A stretch of 34,815 nt of DNA, taken from IMG/VR virus record IMGVR_UViG_3300009095_000040, positions 1-34,815 of that record. One strand, 5' to 3'. A model generated the notes under the pieces. It had not been told where the DNA came from and ran no database searches. It saw nothing but the letters and a program-made list of their open reading frames with translations. Source of the stretch: a virus. Its lineage: Duplodnaviria; Caudoviricetes. The translations under genes were made by a program, and so were the position numbers. Numbering within the stretch: the stretch's first letter is position 1; the number at the start of each line of letters is the position of its first letter. Shown here in pieces: positions 18,115 through 26,820 of this stretch.

Positions 18115-19284
18115 TCAACCGAGGACGCGGTTGGCGAGTTCGGCGCGCAGCGTCTTCACGCCGTAGAGAACGTCGAAGGCCCAATAGCGGGTCTTCTTGT
18201 TCGGGTCGCGCCACGTTTCCATCCGCAGGCTGATCCCGCTGATCGGGTCGGTCTGCTGCGCGATGGTGGAGCTTTCGCTCTGGCCCGTTTCGCCGTCCGC
18301 CAGCGGGCGCTGCACGAACACGAACGCGTCGCGGTGGAACATGAGGTTGTTCATGTACGTCGACGCAGCCGCGTCACGGATTACCGTGATCGCCGCGTTG
18401 TCCGCGAAGCCGCCGGTGGGCGCTGCCGGTTCGAAGGTGACGCCGGCGACCGCGCCACCGGCGAGCGAAATGCTTGGGTCGTTGGTGATGACGAACTGGC
18501 CGTCAACACCGGCGACGGTGAACAGGTCGCCCTTGTAGAGCGTGCCGCCGAGGGGCGTGCCGGTGTCGACGTTCATGGTCTTGGCGCCGGCCGCGACCGC
18601 GCCGTTCGTCTGCAGGGCGGTGATATCGCTCTGCGTGTGCGCCGGCATGTTCTGGTCGAGGAAGTGGTCGATGCCGACGATGCGGCCGAGCATGCCCTCG
18701 CGCAGCGCCTCGGTGCTCGCCGACTCGTTCACCTTGCGGATGTTGTCGATGTTCAGCAGCGCTTCCTCGGCCTCAACGTCGATGACGTGCCGGCGATTCT
18801 GCATCGGCACGCCGCGCTCGTTGAGCTTCTTGCGGCCTGCCAGCAGCGCGGCGATGCTGTTCGGCGTGGTGCCGGCCGTGCCGCTGTGACTGTACACGTC
18901 CTTGTACAGCTCGATGAGCGAGAGGTCGATGGCGTTGGCGATGGACTTCACCGCCGCCTCGGCCGCGCTGGGAAGCACGCCCTGAGTGACGGTGTCGAAC
19001 ATTTCCTTGTCCGTCATCTGGAACTTCTTGTACTTCCACTGGTCGAGCACCACGTCGACCTTGGGGTCGTCAAGGTCGGTGCTGCTCATGCCCGTCGCCG
19101 GGTCGAGCGTGTCGGCCGTGCCCATGGACTGCGGCAGGGGGACGCGGATCGTCTGGTTCTTGCTGGCCGCGATACCGTCGAGGTCGCGGTTCACGAGCGC
19201 CGCCATCACTGCGTTTTCGCGAAGCACAGGCAGCGCGAGCGGCAGGATCATCGTGCTCATGAGGTCGGTGAGAGTGTTAGCCAT
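18115..19284 (-). CDS. Major capsid protein, P22 coat (gp5)-like HK97 fold (389 aa)
   Basis: ALPVLREN.VMAALVNRD...TIRVPLP, NNLMFHRDAF and FDVLYGVKTLR motifs; follows the scaffold gene; GAGGAG SD. Confidence 0.92.
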   Translation of the reverse strand: MANTLTDLMSTMILPLALPVLRENAVMAALVNRDLDGIAASKNQTIRVPLPQSMGTADTLDPATGMSSTDLDDPKVDVVLDQWKYKKFQMTDKEMFDTVTQGVLPSAAEAAVKSIANAIDLSLIELYKDVYSHSGTAGTTPNSIAALLAGRKKLNERGVPMQNRRHVIDVEAEEALLNIDNIRKVNESASTEALREGMLGRIVGIDHFLDQNMPAHTQSDITALQTNGAVAAGAKTMNVDTGTPLGGTLYKGDLFTVAGVDGQFVITNDPSISLAGGAVAGVTFEPAAPTGGFADNAAITVIRDAAASTYMNNLMFHRDAFVFVQRPLADGETGQSESSTIAQQTDPISGISLRMETWRDPNKKTRYWAFDVLYGVKTLRAELANRVLG

Positions 19285-19321
19285 CTTTCGTTTTCTCCTC
19301 GCGGCCTACGATTGCTGAGGG

Positions 19322-20188
19322 CTACTCGCCTTCAACCTCGATTTCACCGCGTGCCTTGCGAGCTACGAGCGCCTTGCGGTCTGCATCGTTCGCCCGCCCC
19401 GTTTTCTCCTGCCACTCGGCAAGAGTGTACTTTTCTTTCGCGCCGGGCTTCTTCGGGTTGGTGTGCCCGCCAGCGCCGGCGCCACTGCTGGGCAGGAACA
19501 TGAACGGCTTTTCCGTCTTGAGCTCGTTGATGAACGCCTCGGGGTTGTAGGGCCCCTTGGAGTCCTTCGTGTAGCGCGTGGTGCCGTCTTTGTTCTTCGC
19601 GACGATTTCCTCGCCGTCAAGGCCGAAGATTTCCATGCCGTCGCGAACAACGTAGTCGATGGCATCCGGCAGAACACCCGCTTTCTCTGCGTGCCGGCGG
19701 ATCGCTCCACCGATGACAAGCTTGTGGTTAGTGCTGACGATCGACTCGAACTTCTGCTTGTACTCGTCGCGTTCCTTGCTGACCGCCTCGAGCTGCGAGT
19801 GGTGATTGCCGCGTTCGACTTTCAGCCGGCGCTCAATCAGCCCCTCGATGTTGCCAGATTGCAGAAGCTGCCGTTCCTCGTCGTCTCGGGCCTTCTTGAG
19901 CATTTCGCCAACGCTCTTGAGGTCCGTTGAGCCGCCGGCTCCGAGCGCCTTCTTGATTTCAGAAAGCTCGCCCTCGAGTCCGGTGGCCCGCTCCTTCCAC
20001 TTCCGCCTGTCCGCGAGCAGCTCCCCGTTGTTCTTCTTCAAGCCGGCCGTGGCCTTGGCCACTTCCGCCTCAACGAGTTTCGCTACGTCAGGTGCGCCAC
20101 CTTGCGGGTCGGAGCCTCCGCTTCCGCCCCCGCCTCCACCCCCGCCGGGTTCCGGCGAGCGCAGAATATTGCGCCAAGTCAAGAACAT
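19322..20188 (-). CDS. Capsid scaffolding protein (288 aa)
   Basis: Coiled coil (GLKKNNGELLA...), KPFMFLPSSGAGAGG motif; lies between portal and capsid genes. Confidence 0.85.
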   Translation of the reverse strand: MFLTWRNILRSPEPGGGGGGGGSGGSDPQGGAPDVAKLVEAEVAKATAGLKKNNGELLADRRKWKERATGLEGELSEIKKALGAGGSTDLKSVGEMLKKARDDEERQLLQSGNIEGLIERRLKVERGNHHSQLEAVSKERDEYKQKFESIVSTNHKLVIGGAIRRHAEKAGVLPDAIDYVVRDGMEIFGLDGEEIVAKNKDGTTRYTKDSKGPYNPEAFINELKTEKPFMFLPSSGAGAGGHTNPKKPGAKEKYTLAEWQEKTGRANDADRKALVARKARGEIEVEGE

Positions 20189-20239
20189 GATAGTCGTCCA
20201 GTAAGACGGGCTCCCCGCCGTGGGTTTCCCACGTGGCTA

Positions 20240-20268
20240 ACCGTAGCGCCGTGCTACCGTTGCGTCAA
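20240..20268 (-). promoter_or_regulatory. Sigma70-type promoter for scaffold/capsid with an overlapping inverted repeat
   Basis: TTGACG (20263-20268)-N17-TACGGT (20240-20245); GTAGC-N5-GCTAC at 20243-20257. Confidence 0.6.
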
Positions 20269-20555
20269 CTGCCTAGATTTATTTCCGGCCCGTCGCCGGT
20301 TTCGTGGATGACGATTGCCGGCGTGCCGACGTCCCGGCCAACAAGCCCGGTGCCAGAACAGGCGGGGCAGGCCGGGTCGGTGGCGCCGACGTCCGTCTCG
20401 CAGTAGCAGTCTAGGCATGGCCACTGGATGAGCGGCTCACACCAACAGCGCCGGCTTTCCCGGTGCGGGTAGCCGGCGCAAGGGATGACGTGGATATCAC
20501 TACTCGTCCGACTCGAGAGCCGCGAGCTGCGCCTGTGCTTCCTCGAGCGTTTCAT
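20265..20555 (-). CDS. Small Cys/His-rich Zn-binding protein; start uncertain
   Basis: IHVIP...H...CWCEP...CLDC...CPACSGTG...VIH; fills the portal-scaffold gap. Confidence 0.6.
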   Translation of the reverse strand: MKRSRKHRRSSRLSSRTSSDIHVIPCAGYPHRESRRCWCEPLIQWPCLDCYCETDVGATDPACPACSGTGLVGRDVGTPAIVIHETGDGPEINLGS

Positions 20556-22185
20556 GCGTGCCCATGACCTTCCCGTCGGCGACCTTCACGACCGCGTACT
20601 TCCCGCCCCGCTTTTCGATGCGGTAGGGGTTGCCGTCCTGCACGACTTCGCCGTCATCATCGGGGTCGTCTTCGCCGCCCTCGTCGTCTTCTTCCTCGTC
20701 GCCCGTGGCGTTCGGGTCGCTTTCATCGGTCGGCGGTGCCGGCGGTGCCTTTGCGGCCTTCGCCGCATTGTCCCGCTCGATGCGCTCTTTCCACTCGTCG
20801 AACGTGAGCCCCGCGGGTAGCAGACCGCCTGCCTTGGCGCGTTCGAAGTACGACTCGGTGTCGACGCCGCCCTGCTGCCAAGCCTGCATGAGCTTGAGTG
20901 CGTCATCCCACCCGAGCCGCGCCTCGACAAAGTCGCGGTTGAAGGTGACTTCGCAATCTTCGGGATCGAGGTCCATCATGATCGCGGCGTAGTCGAACAC
21001 CTTGTTCATGGCGGCTTCGGTGTTGTCTACGACTTTCATCATGACACTGGCGTTCTCGCGCGTGCGGAGCCTGACCGCTTCGGCCGTCTCTGCCTCGCCG
21101 CCCTTCTGGTGGTGGATGAGTCGGGCGCCAAGCGCCGCCATTCTCTCCTCTTTCGAGACGATGGCCTCGAGTAGCGAGTCCATGGACGTCCCGGAAGCCG
21201 ACAGCGTGCCGACTTCCTTCACCGTCTCGGGCAGGGTCCAGATGATGCCGCCGCCGATCTCGCGCGGCTTCTCTTGGTCGTTGATCGCGCCGATGATGTA
21301 AAAGGTGTCGTGCGCGCCGGCGTACAGGCAATGCTCGTAGTCCGCGCTGTTCACGTAATGCCCGCGGTTGACGTCAACGAGGTCGAGCATCGGCGGCCGT
21401 TCGATTTCCGGCTGCAGCGACTTCGGGTTCACGAACACGAACGGGATGAAGTCGATCGGCTTGCCGCGGACAAGCGGGATGCGCTCGACCGGCGGGCGCG
21501 CGGGCTTGGTGTATGGGTTGACCGCCGCGCCGGAGTACACGTCGTCTTTGAAGAAGGTCCACTCCTCAACAGCGTAGACCGGGTTGGTGTCGGGGTTCTT
21601 GAGCGCGAGGCGCAAGAAGCGTATCGCGTCCTTGTCGTTGACCTTCTCGTGCCCCTCCTCGAGCAACACCATCGTGAGGATGCGCCGGCCGTTGATGAAC
21701 TCGCGGCGCCAGTCGTAGATGTGCTCGGCGTAGTACTTGCTGACGTAAGCCCGCTGGTCTGGCGACTCGTTCGCCGGCATATCAACAAGCAGCCCCATCC
21801 TGCCGACACTGATCACCTCGTCAACGATGGCGTGTGCGAGGATATCCGCGGGCTCCCCGTCGACCGTGAGCGCATCGACCATGCCGGCGTCGATCATTTT
21901 CTCGGGAAGCTTGTAGGTCGGGTTCTGCAGGAACGCAACGCCGGTGATCCCTTCGATGGTTCGGTCGATCACCGGGTAAAAGCTGGCTCGCTCCTTGTAC
22001 GCATCGTACTCCGAGCGGCCTTCTTCGGTTTTCAAGTCCATGCCGGAAGGGGCGGGTAGGTAGAGCGTGCCGTGCAACTTGACCTGATCTGCGCCTTCGC
22101 GGAAGTCGCGGATTCTCTGCCACTGGCGCCACCTCATGCCGTAGCTGGTGTGACTGAGGTGCGGGTTGATCGTTAGCGTCGCCAT
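20500..22185 (-). CDS. Portal protein (DUF4055-type, 561 aa) with acidic linker and extra C-terminal mini-domain
   Basis: YLPAPSG...YDAYKERASFYP, IPFVFVN...PPMLDLVDVNRGHYVNSADYEHCL, KEERMAALGARL, AETAEA motifs; follows TerL. Confidence 0.9.
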   Translation of the reverse strand: MATLTINPHLSHTSYGMRWRQWQRIRDFREGADQVKLHGTLYLPAPSGMDLKTEEGRSEYDAYKERASFYPVIDRTIEGITGVAFLQNPTYKLPEKMIDAGMVDALTVDGEPADILAHAIVDEVISVGRMGLLVDMPANESPDQRAYVSKYYAEHIYDWRREFINGRRILTMVLLEEGHEKVNDKDAIRFLRLALKNPDTNPVYAVEEWTFFKDDVYSGAAVNPYTKPARPPVERIPLVRGKPIDFIPFVFVNPKSLQPEIERPPMLDLVDVNRGHYVNSADYEHCLYAGAHDTFYIIGAINDQEKPREIGGGIIWTLPETVKEVGTLSASGTSMDSLLEAIVSKEERMAALGARLIHHQKGGEAETAEAVRLRTRENASVMMKVVDNTEAAMNKVFDYAAIMMDLDPEDCEVTFNRDFVEARLGWDDALKLMQAWQQGGVDTESYFERAKAGGLLPAGLTFDEWKERIERDNAAKAAKAPPAPPTDESDPNATGDEEEDDEGGEDDPDDDGEVVQDGNPYRIEKRGGKYAVVKVADGKVMGTHETLEEAQAQLAALESDE

Positions 22186-22209
22186 GGGCTCCCCTCGGGT
22201 TGCCCGATA

Positions 22210-22398
22210 CTAGCTTAGTTGCACGACACCAATCAAGAACACGCCAACAAGTACCGCCGCGGCGCCGAGCGCGCTGAGGCACATGAACCAGACGAACAGG
22301 CGAACGAGTAGCGGGACCGACTTCCATGCGTCGCGCTGCTGGACTACAGGCCGGCCGCGCCGGTAGCGTCGAACTGGCCTTCTCATGAGCTTTTGCAT
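22210..22398 (-). CDS. Small membrane protein (62 aa)
   Basis: ATG at 22398 in a TGATG overlap with the TerL stop; Arg-rich N-terminus, then about 33 hydrophobic residues. Confidence 0.65.
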   Translation of the reverse strand: MQKLMRRPVRRYRRGRPVVQQRDAWKSVPLLVRLFVWFMCLSALGAAAVLVGVFLIGVVQLS

Positions 22399-23930
22399 CA
22401 GTACGCCCCTTTCGCTTTGATTCTCCCGATTTTGTTTCCGCTGTCCACCCCGATCCGCTTCCAAAGAAGCGCGAGGTAGACGATCACGTCGAACTGGTCA
22501 TCGTGCCCGGCGTTCGGGTACTTGGTGCACTCGCGGACAAGAGCCGACACCCATGGGGCGCCCTTCTTGACGAACAGCCGGCGCGAGCTGAGGAAGTCCT
22601 CGACTCCGTAGAAGCGCAAGTCCTTGTCCTTGTCCGCGTCGATTGGCCTGACCGCCTCGTTCTTCGATTGAAGATTCTTGATCACGCGGCTCGAGAGGAA
22701 CGCCTTCTCGACCGCAATCCAGTTGATCCCGGTGTTGCGGTTGAACTTTCTGATCTCGTCCTCGTGCGCGCCGTCTTCGTTGACCCGCTCTAGCAGGTCG
22801 ATCTTCGTGCGGTTCCACTCGTAGACAAACAGGTAGCCGGTCGACTTGTCGCCAGCCGCCGCACCAAGCACCGTGTAGTCCGATCGCTTCTCCTTGGTGA
22901 ACGCCAAGTCGCCGGCGCCGAACTTGAACAGCTTGTCGGCTTCGATCTCGTAGCCGTCATCTGTAACGAGCAGCAGCTTGCCGTTGACAACCTTCTCGGT
23001 GTATTCGCGGAACCAGTCGCGTTTGAACATGCCGCCTTCTGGCGGTGCGGGGCTTTGGTCGAGCTGGCCGCTGGCGCCGTAGGCCCCGAGCGTCTGCCTG
23101 AGTTTCGAGACTTCTCCGGCGTCGAACTTGTCCGGCCACAGCAGCTCGCCGGCGGTGGTGCGGTTGTCGTAATACCCGAGCTTTGAGGGCTTCTCTCTGT
23201 CCGGGTCGTACTCCATCGGGATCATGAGGTGATCCCACTCCTCGACCGCCGGCTCCGACTCGACTTCACCGAGTACGATGCCCGAGAGGTCGGCCTCGTG
23301 AAGTCTTTGCATGATGATGATGATGACGCCCGTCGCTCGGTCGTTGAGTCGCGAATAGAGCGACTCCCGGTAGGCGTGGATGCCTCTTAGCCGTGCGGCG
23401 TCGGACCTCGATGCGTCCGCGTTGTGCGGGTCATCTATCAGCAGCGTGTGGCAGCCGTAGCCCGTGACGTTGCCGCCGATGCCGGCCGCGATGCGGTGAC
23501 CGCGGGCGGTGTTCTGGAACTCCGTCTTCTTGTTCTGGTCCGGCGCGAGCTGGACGTGCGGCCAGTGGCGCCTGTACCAGTCCGAGGTGATGAGCTGCCT
23601 CATCTTGAGGTTGTCGCGGGTGGCGAGGTCTTCGCCGTGCGACACGCACAGGAACTGGTGGCCCGGCGACTTCGCCCATACCCAAGCAGGATAGAACACC
23701 GAGACTAGAAGCGACTTCATGCACCGTGGCGGGATGTTGACGACAAGCCGCTTGATTTCGCCGCGGTAGGCCGCCTCGAGGTGATCGCAGATGACGCGGA
23801 TATGCCAGTTGTCTACGAACTCGGTTTCTGGCTCGAGGATCGGCCACCCCTGCCTAACGAACTCGTACAGCGATTCGTGTGCAATCGCGGCGTCAAGTGC
23901 GTCCATGTAGTCGGCTACTGGCTGGTTCAT
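22398..23930 (-). CDS. terL: Terminase large subunit (510 aa)
   Basis: Walker A-like VNIPPRCMKS, Walker B LLIDDPH, IIIMQRLHEADL, RNase H-like GDLAFT...SDYT and HDDQFD. Confidence 0.96.
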   Translation of the reverse strand: MNQPVADYMDALDAAIAHESLYEFVRQGWPILEPETEFVDNWHIRVICDHLEAAYRGEIKRLVVNIPPRCMKSLLVSVFYPAWVWAKSPGHQFLCVSHGEDLATRDNLKMRQLITSDWYRRHWPHVQLAPDQNKKTEFQNTARGHRIAAGIGGNVTGYGCHTLLIDDPHNADASRSDAARLRGIHAYRESLYSRLNDRATGVIIIIMQRLHEADLSGIVLGEVESEPAVEEWDHLMIPMEYDPDREKPSKLGYYDNRTTAGELLWPDKFDAGEVSKLRQTLGAYGASGQLDQSPAPPEGGMFKRDWFREYTEKVVNGKLLLVTDDGYEIEADKLFKFGAGDLAFTKEKRSDYTVLGAAAGDKSTGYLFVYEWNRTKIDLLERVNEDGAHEDEIRKFNRNTGINWIAVEKAFLSSRVIKNLQSKNEAVRPIDADKDKDLRFYGVEDFLSSRRLFVKKGAPWVSALVRECTKYPNAGHDDQFDVIVYLALLWKRIGVDSGNKIGRIKAKGAY

Positions 23931-24469
23931 GCCGCCCCGGGGCCTTTGATGATCTGCTTCTGCGGGTCGGTGACCTCAGTCTGTTCGAACACCGTGCCGC
24001 GAGCCTTGTCCATCCACTCGTGCCGCGTGCGGTGTTCGACCGGCCGGGGCTGCTCTCTCTCCGGCGGTAGGTCGAAAGCGTAGACGTCCGGCTCGCCGGC
24101 GATGTTGCGGACAAGTTCTCGTTCTGCGTCGGTGACCGTGACCCGCAAGCAGAGCACCGTCTGATCACTCGAGACGTTGATGTACTCGACGTCTTCACCA
24201 ACCCCCATGAGCGTGAGCACCGCGCCTGCGTAGGCGTCGAACAGCCTGTCGTTCGTGAGCCGGTAGAACGCCTTGCCGTTCCCGAGCGAAACGCGGCACT
24301 CCCACACCGGCCGGCCAAACATGATCGAATCGTAGCGCGCGATGTAGACCGTCACGCTGACAACTCGGCCGTGGACGTCCTTGTACTGGTGGTGGTGGAT
24401 GTTCCTGACGTCGGCCCGCCGGCTGACCGGCGAGTATAGGGCGCGCTGCTGTGCGATTGAGAGCTTCAC
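23927..24469 (-). CDS. Hypothetical protein (180 aa)
   Basis: GTG at 24469 in a GTGA overlap, ends in an ATGA overlap with terL. Confidence 0.7.
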   Translation of the reverse strand: MKLSIAQQRALYSPVSRRADVRNIHHHQYKDVHGRVVSVTVYIARYDSIMFGRPVWECRVSLGNGKAFYRLTNDRLFDAYAGAVLTLMGVGEDVEYINVSSDQTVLCLRVTVTDAERELVRNIAGEPDVYAFDLPPEREQPRPVEHRTRHEWMDKARGTVFEQTEVTDPQKQIIKGPGAA

Positions 24470-24777
24470 CTTCCCCCCTTGGTCTTGTAGATGCGCTTGC
24501 CTTTGGCCTCGAGTTCCTTGATCCGGTTGGTCTTGTTGCCCCGGCCGTGGATGGTATCGCGAGGCTTCTTGCGCGGCTCGACCGTGACGACTGTTCTCGA
24601 CTTGTGGTCGTACACGACGTGGATGCCGTTCAGGGTCAGCTTGTAAGTGACCGCCGGCCAACGTTCGAAATCGCCGCGCCGCGAGAGTTGCGCCTCGATG
24701 ACTTCAAGAGCCTGCTGCTGGGTGATGCCGCGTTCGGCACAACGCTCGAGCGCGTGGTACGAAAAGGTGACGTTCAT
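24466..24777 (-). CDS. DUF4258/RelE-like (BECR-fold) putative RNase with basic tail (103 aa)
   Basis: Start MNVTFSYHALERCAERGI at 24777 (ATGA overlap); HA..R..ERGI...IHVVYD....TVVTV pattern. Confidence 0.65.
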   Translation of the reverse strand: MNVTFSYHALERCAERGITQQQALEVIEAQLSRRGDFERWPAVTYKLTLNGIHVVYDHKSRTVVTVEPRKKPRDTIHGRGNKTNRIKELEAKGKRIYKTKGGR

Positions 24778-25163
24778 GCCGTCACCTCGAGAGTGCCGCC
24801 GGATACGAGGTTGCGGAACTGGCGCGCGTGCATCGTGCGCGTCCGCTTCCAGCGCTTGTACTTGTACTCGATGAAGTACCCGGTGACACCGACAACTTCG
24901 ATGGCGTCGCCGCCTTTGGTTCTCCACTCCTGCCCCGCCTCGAACTCGCCCGTGCGAGGTTCGCCGGCGTACTCGATCCTGATGCCGGCATCACAGACGC
25001 CAGTGGTCAGGTAGCGAACCAGCTCAGACAGGGCCCGCTCTTTCTTGGTGTCCGTGGTCCGCAACGTCCCGAGCCCGGGGCTTTCCCATTGGGTCAGGTA
25101 CAGCCGGTCAAAGCTGACCGTGTAGCCGTGCACGTCGATGATACGCTCGTACTCGCTGTCCAT
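24774..25163 (-). CDS. Hypothetical protein (129 aa) with SH3-like C-terminal domain
   Basis: ATG at 25163 after ACAACAGGAG SD; FEAGQEWRTKGG.AIEVVGV pattern. Confidence 0.7.
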   Translation of the reverse strand: MDSEYERIIDVHGYTVSFDRLYLTQWESPGLGTLRTTDTKKERALSELVRYLTTGVCDAGIRIEYAGEPRTGEFEAGQEWRTKGGDAIEVVGVTGYFIEYKYKRWKRTRTMHARQFRNLVSGGTLEVTA

Positions 25164-25169
25164 GACGAT

Positions 25170-25201
25170 CTCCTGTTGTGCGGGCCGCCCCACGCGTCCG
25201 T
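25170..25201 (-). promoter_or_regulatory. Leader motif ACGGACGC plus ACAGGAG SD (no promoter seen)
   Basis: Motif at 25194-25201 directly after the TerS stop codon. Confidence 0.55.
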
Positions 25202-25666
25202 TTAGGCGCCGGCCTTGGCTGCGAGCCGCCGGCGTGCTTCATCGCGAAGGTCGAGAAGCTCCGACACGCTGAGCCCCTCGAAGTCCTGTCGCGTTACTGT
25301 CGTCTGCTGCTGAATCGGACCACCTTCCGGCCCCGAGTGCTCGAGCGCGACCTTGCGCCCGAACGTCTGCGGGTCAGTCCGCTCGAGCCACCAAGCATGA
25401 GCCTGCCATGCCTGCGCGTTCGTGATTCGCCGGATGCTGAGCATCTTGCGCGTCGCGAGCGCCTTTTCTATGGCTGCGCGAAAAGCCGGGTCGCGGTTGG
25501 CTGCCGATCTGACACCCGACTCGCTGATTCCGATGTAGGCGCAAGCTGTGGCGATGAAGCCCGAGACTGTCAGCGCCCCGATGAACTCTGCCTTCTTCGC
25601 GTCCGTGAACACGCTGTTTGCGCCGGTTGGACGTCCGCGCTTACGTTTTGGCTTTGGGCTTCCCAT
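25202..25666 (-). CDS. terS: Terminase small subunit (154 aa)
   Basis: N-terminal GRPT, HTH (IATACAYIGIS), WQAHAWWLER...FGRK and LEHSGPEGGPI motifs; upstream of terL. Confidence 0.85.
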   Translation of the reverse strand: MGSPKPKRKRGRPTGANSVFTDAKKAEFIGALTVSGFIATACAYIGISESGVRSAANRDPAFRAAIEKALATRKMLSIRRITNAQAWQAHAWWLERTDPQTFGRKVALEHSGPEGGPIQQQTTVTRQDFEGLSVSELLDLRDEARRRLAAKAGA

Positions 25667-26306
25667 TGCCTTTTTGCTCCTTGTACCAGAGGGGTACGAA
25701 CCTGAGCTTCTCAGTGGTCATTGCGTGCAATCTGTCATCGAATTTCGTGTTGATCTCGATGATGGTTGGCGCGACGACTACCGTACCCGTCCGGCAGCAT
25801 ATCAGATTGTGCGTGACCGTGTCCAACAGGCAATCCGCCGGCGGGGTTCCGAGGGGCTTGGGAACCCTGAACTTTCTCGGCAAGTAGGCGAGCTTCGCCT
25901 GATGCGCGCTGAGGTGCCCGGCCTTCACCGCTTCTATGATTCGCTTTCTCGCCGTGGCGTGCGCGATGCGGTACTTCGCCATGATCTCAACGCAGCCTAG
26001 CCCGTTCTCGACGTCGTTGGCTATCCTGAGCGGGGTTGACTTCACCGACACCATGGCCATTTCCTCCGGCTTCATGACTCCGGTCGCGATGGCCTCGTGG
26101 CGCCAGTGGTACAGGGTGGTCCTTTCGATATCGGCATCCCTCGCCGCGTTGACGACTGACTGAGGGTAGTTCTTGAACAGCCGGCCAACGAGCCGCATGA
26201 ACTCGCGCCGCTGATCGGCGTTCTCGAACTTTCGCCTGACCCCGCATTGCTTCCGAGGCCAGTCGCGGATGCGCCGAATCGCCCGCTCCCCTTCCGTCTC
26301 TTTCAC
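25641..26306 (-). CDS. Basic HTH-type DNA-binding protein (221 aa)
   Basis: GTG at 26306 (GTGA overlap, GGGAGG SD); SVVNAARDADIERTTLYHW and EIMAKYRIAHATARK HTH-like segments. Confidence 0.65.
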   Translation of the reverse strand: MKETEGERAIRRIRDWPRKQCGVRRKFENADQRREFMRLVGRLFKNYPQSVVNAARDADIERTTLYHWRHEAIATGVMKPEEMAMVSVKSTPLRIANDVENGLGCVEIMAKYRIAHATARKRIIEAVKAGHLSAHQAKLAYLPRKFRVPKPLGTPPADCLLDTVTHNLICCRTGTVVVAPTIIEINTKFDDRLHAMTTEKLRFVPLWYKEQKGNGKPKAKT

Positions 26307-26818
26307 GATTGCGCCTCCCCGTTTGCCGGCGTCATGGCTTCGACGCGGGCGCGCTCGGCGTCCCGGCCCGGTATTTTGATCCCGGCCTTTCTGGCGAGCT
26401 TGACAACGTGCCCGACGGCGCTTTTGGAGCACTTGAGACGCTCTGCGATGGCCCGGTAGGTATCCGAGGTGTTAAGCAGCTCCGCGAGGATCGCGAGCGT
26501 CCGATTGTTGGGCTTCCCGCCGGCCGGCATCCGGTAGTTCTCGCGGACGATTGCCAGCTCAACAACCCGGGGGCTGACCCCGAACTCCTTGCAGGCTTCC
26601 GAGTGAGTGTGCCCGCGGTCGATGAACTCGACGATCGCTTGGCTCTGCCGGCGTTTCTTCTCGTGCCCGACGATGAGCCCGTTCTCGATGCAGGCGGCGT
26701 GAACTCGGCTGTACGATACCCTGAAATGCACCCCGGCCTCGGCGATGGTGCAGCCCGTTTTCCGAACGTAGTCGGCTATCTTCTTGCGCTCGTCGCGCAT
26801 TTCCGCGTGCGTTGCCAT
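26303..26818 (-). CDS. Triple-HTH DNA-binding protein (171 aa)
   Basis: TIAEAGVHFRVSYSRV, THSEACKEFGVSPRVV, TYRAIAERLKCSKSAV. Confidence 0.8.
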   Translation of the reverse strand: MATHAEMRDERKKIADYVRKTGCTIAEAGVHFRVSYSRVHAACIENGLIVGHEKKRRQSQAIVEFIDRGHTHSEACKEFGVSPRVVELAIVRENYRMPAGGKPNNRTLAILAELLNTSDTYRAIAERLKCSKSAVGHVVKLARKAGIKIPGRDAERARVEAMTPANGEAQS

Positions 26819-26820
26819 GA

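Noticed and set aside
17986-19503. 505-aa plus-strand ORF and the many other long plus-strand ORFs
   Set aside because: Antisense shadows of real minus-strand genes caused by high-GC codon bias; no SD or recognisable motifs
4650-25610. Extra gcgtccgt matches inside coding regions (near 4656, 14652, 25599)
   Set aside because: No adjacent SD; the number is compatible with chance in GC-rich DNA
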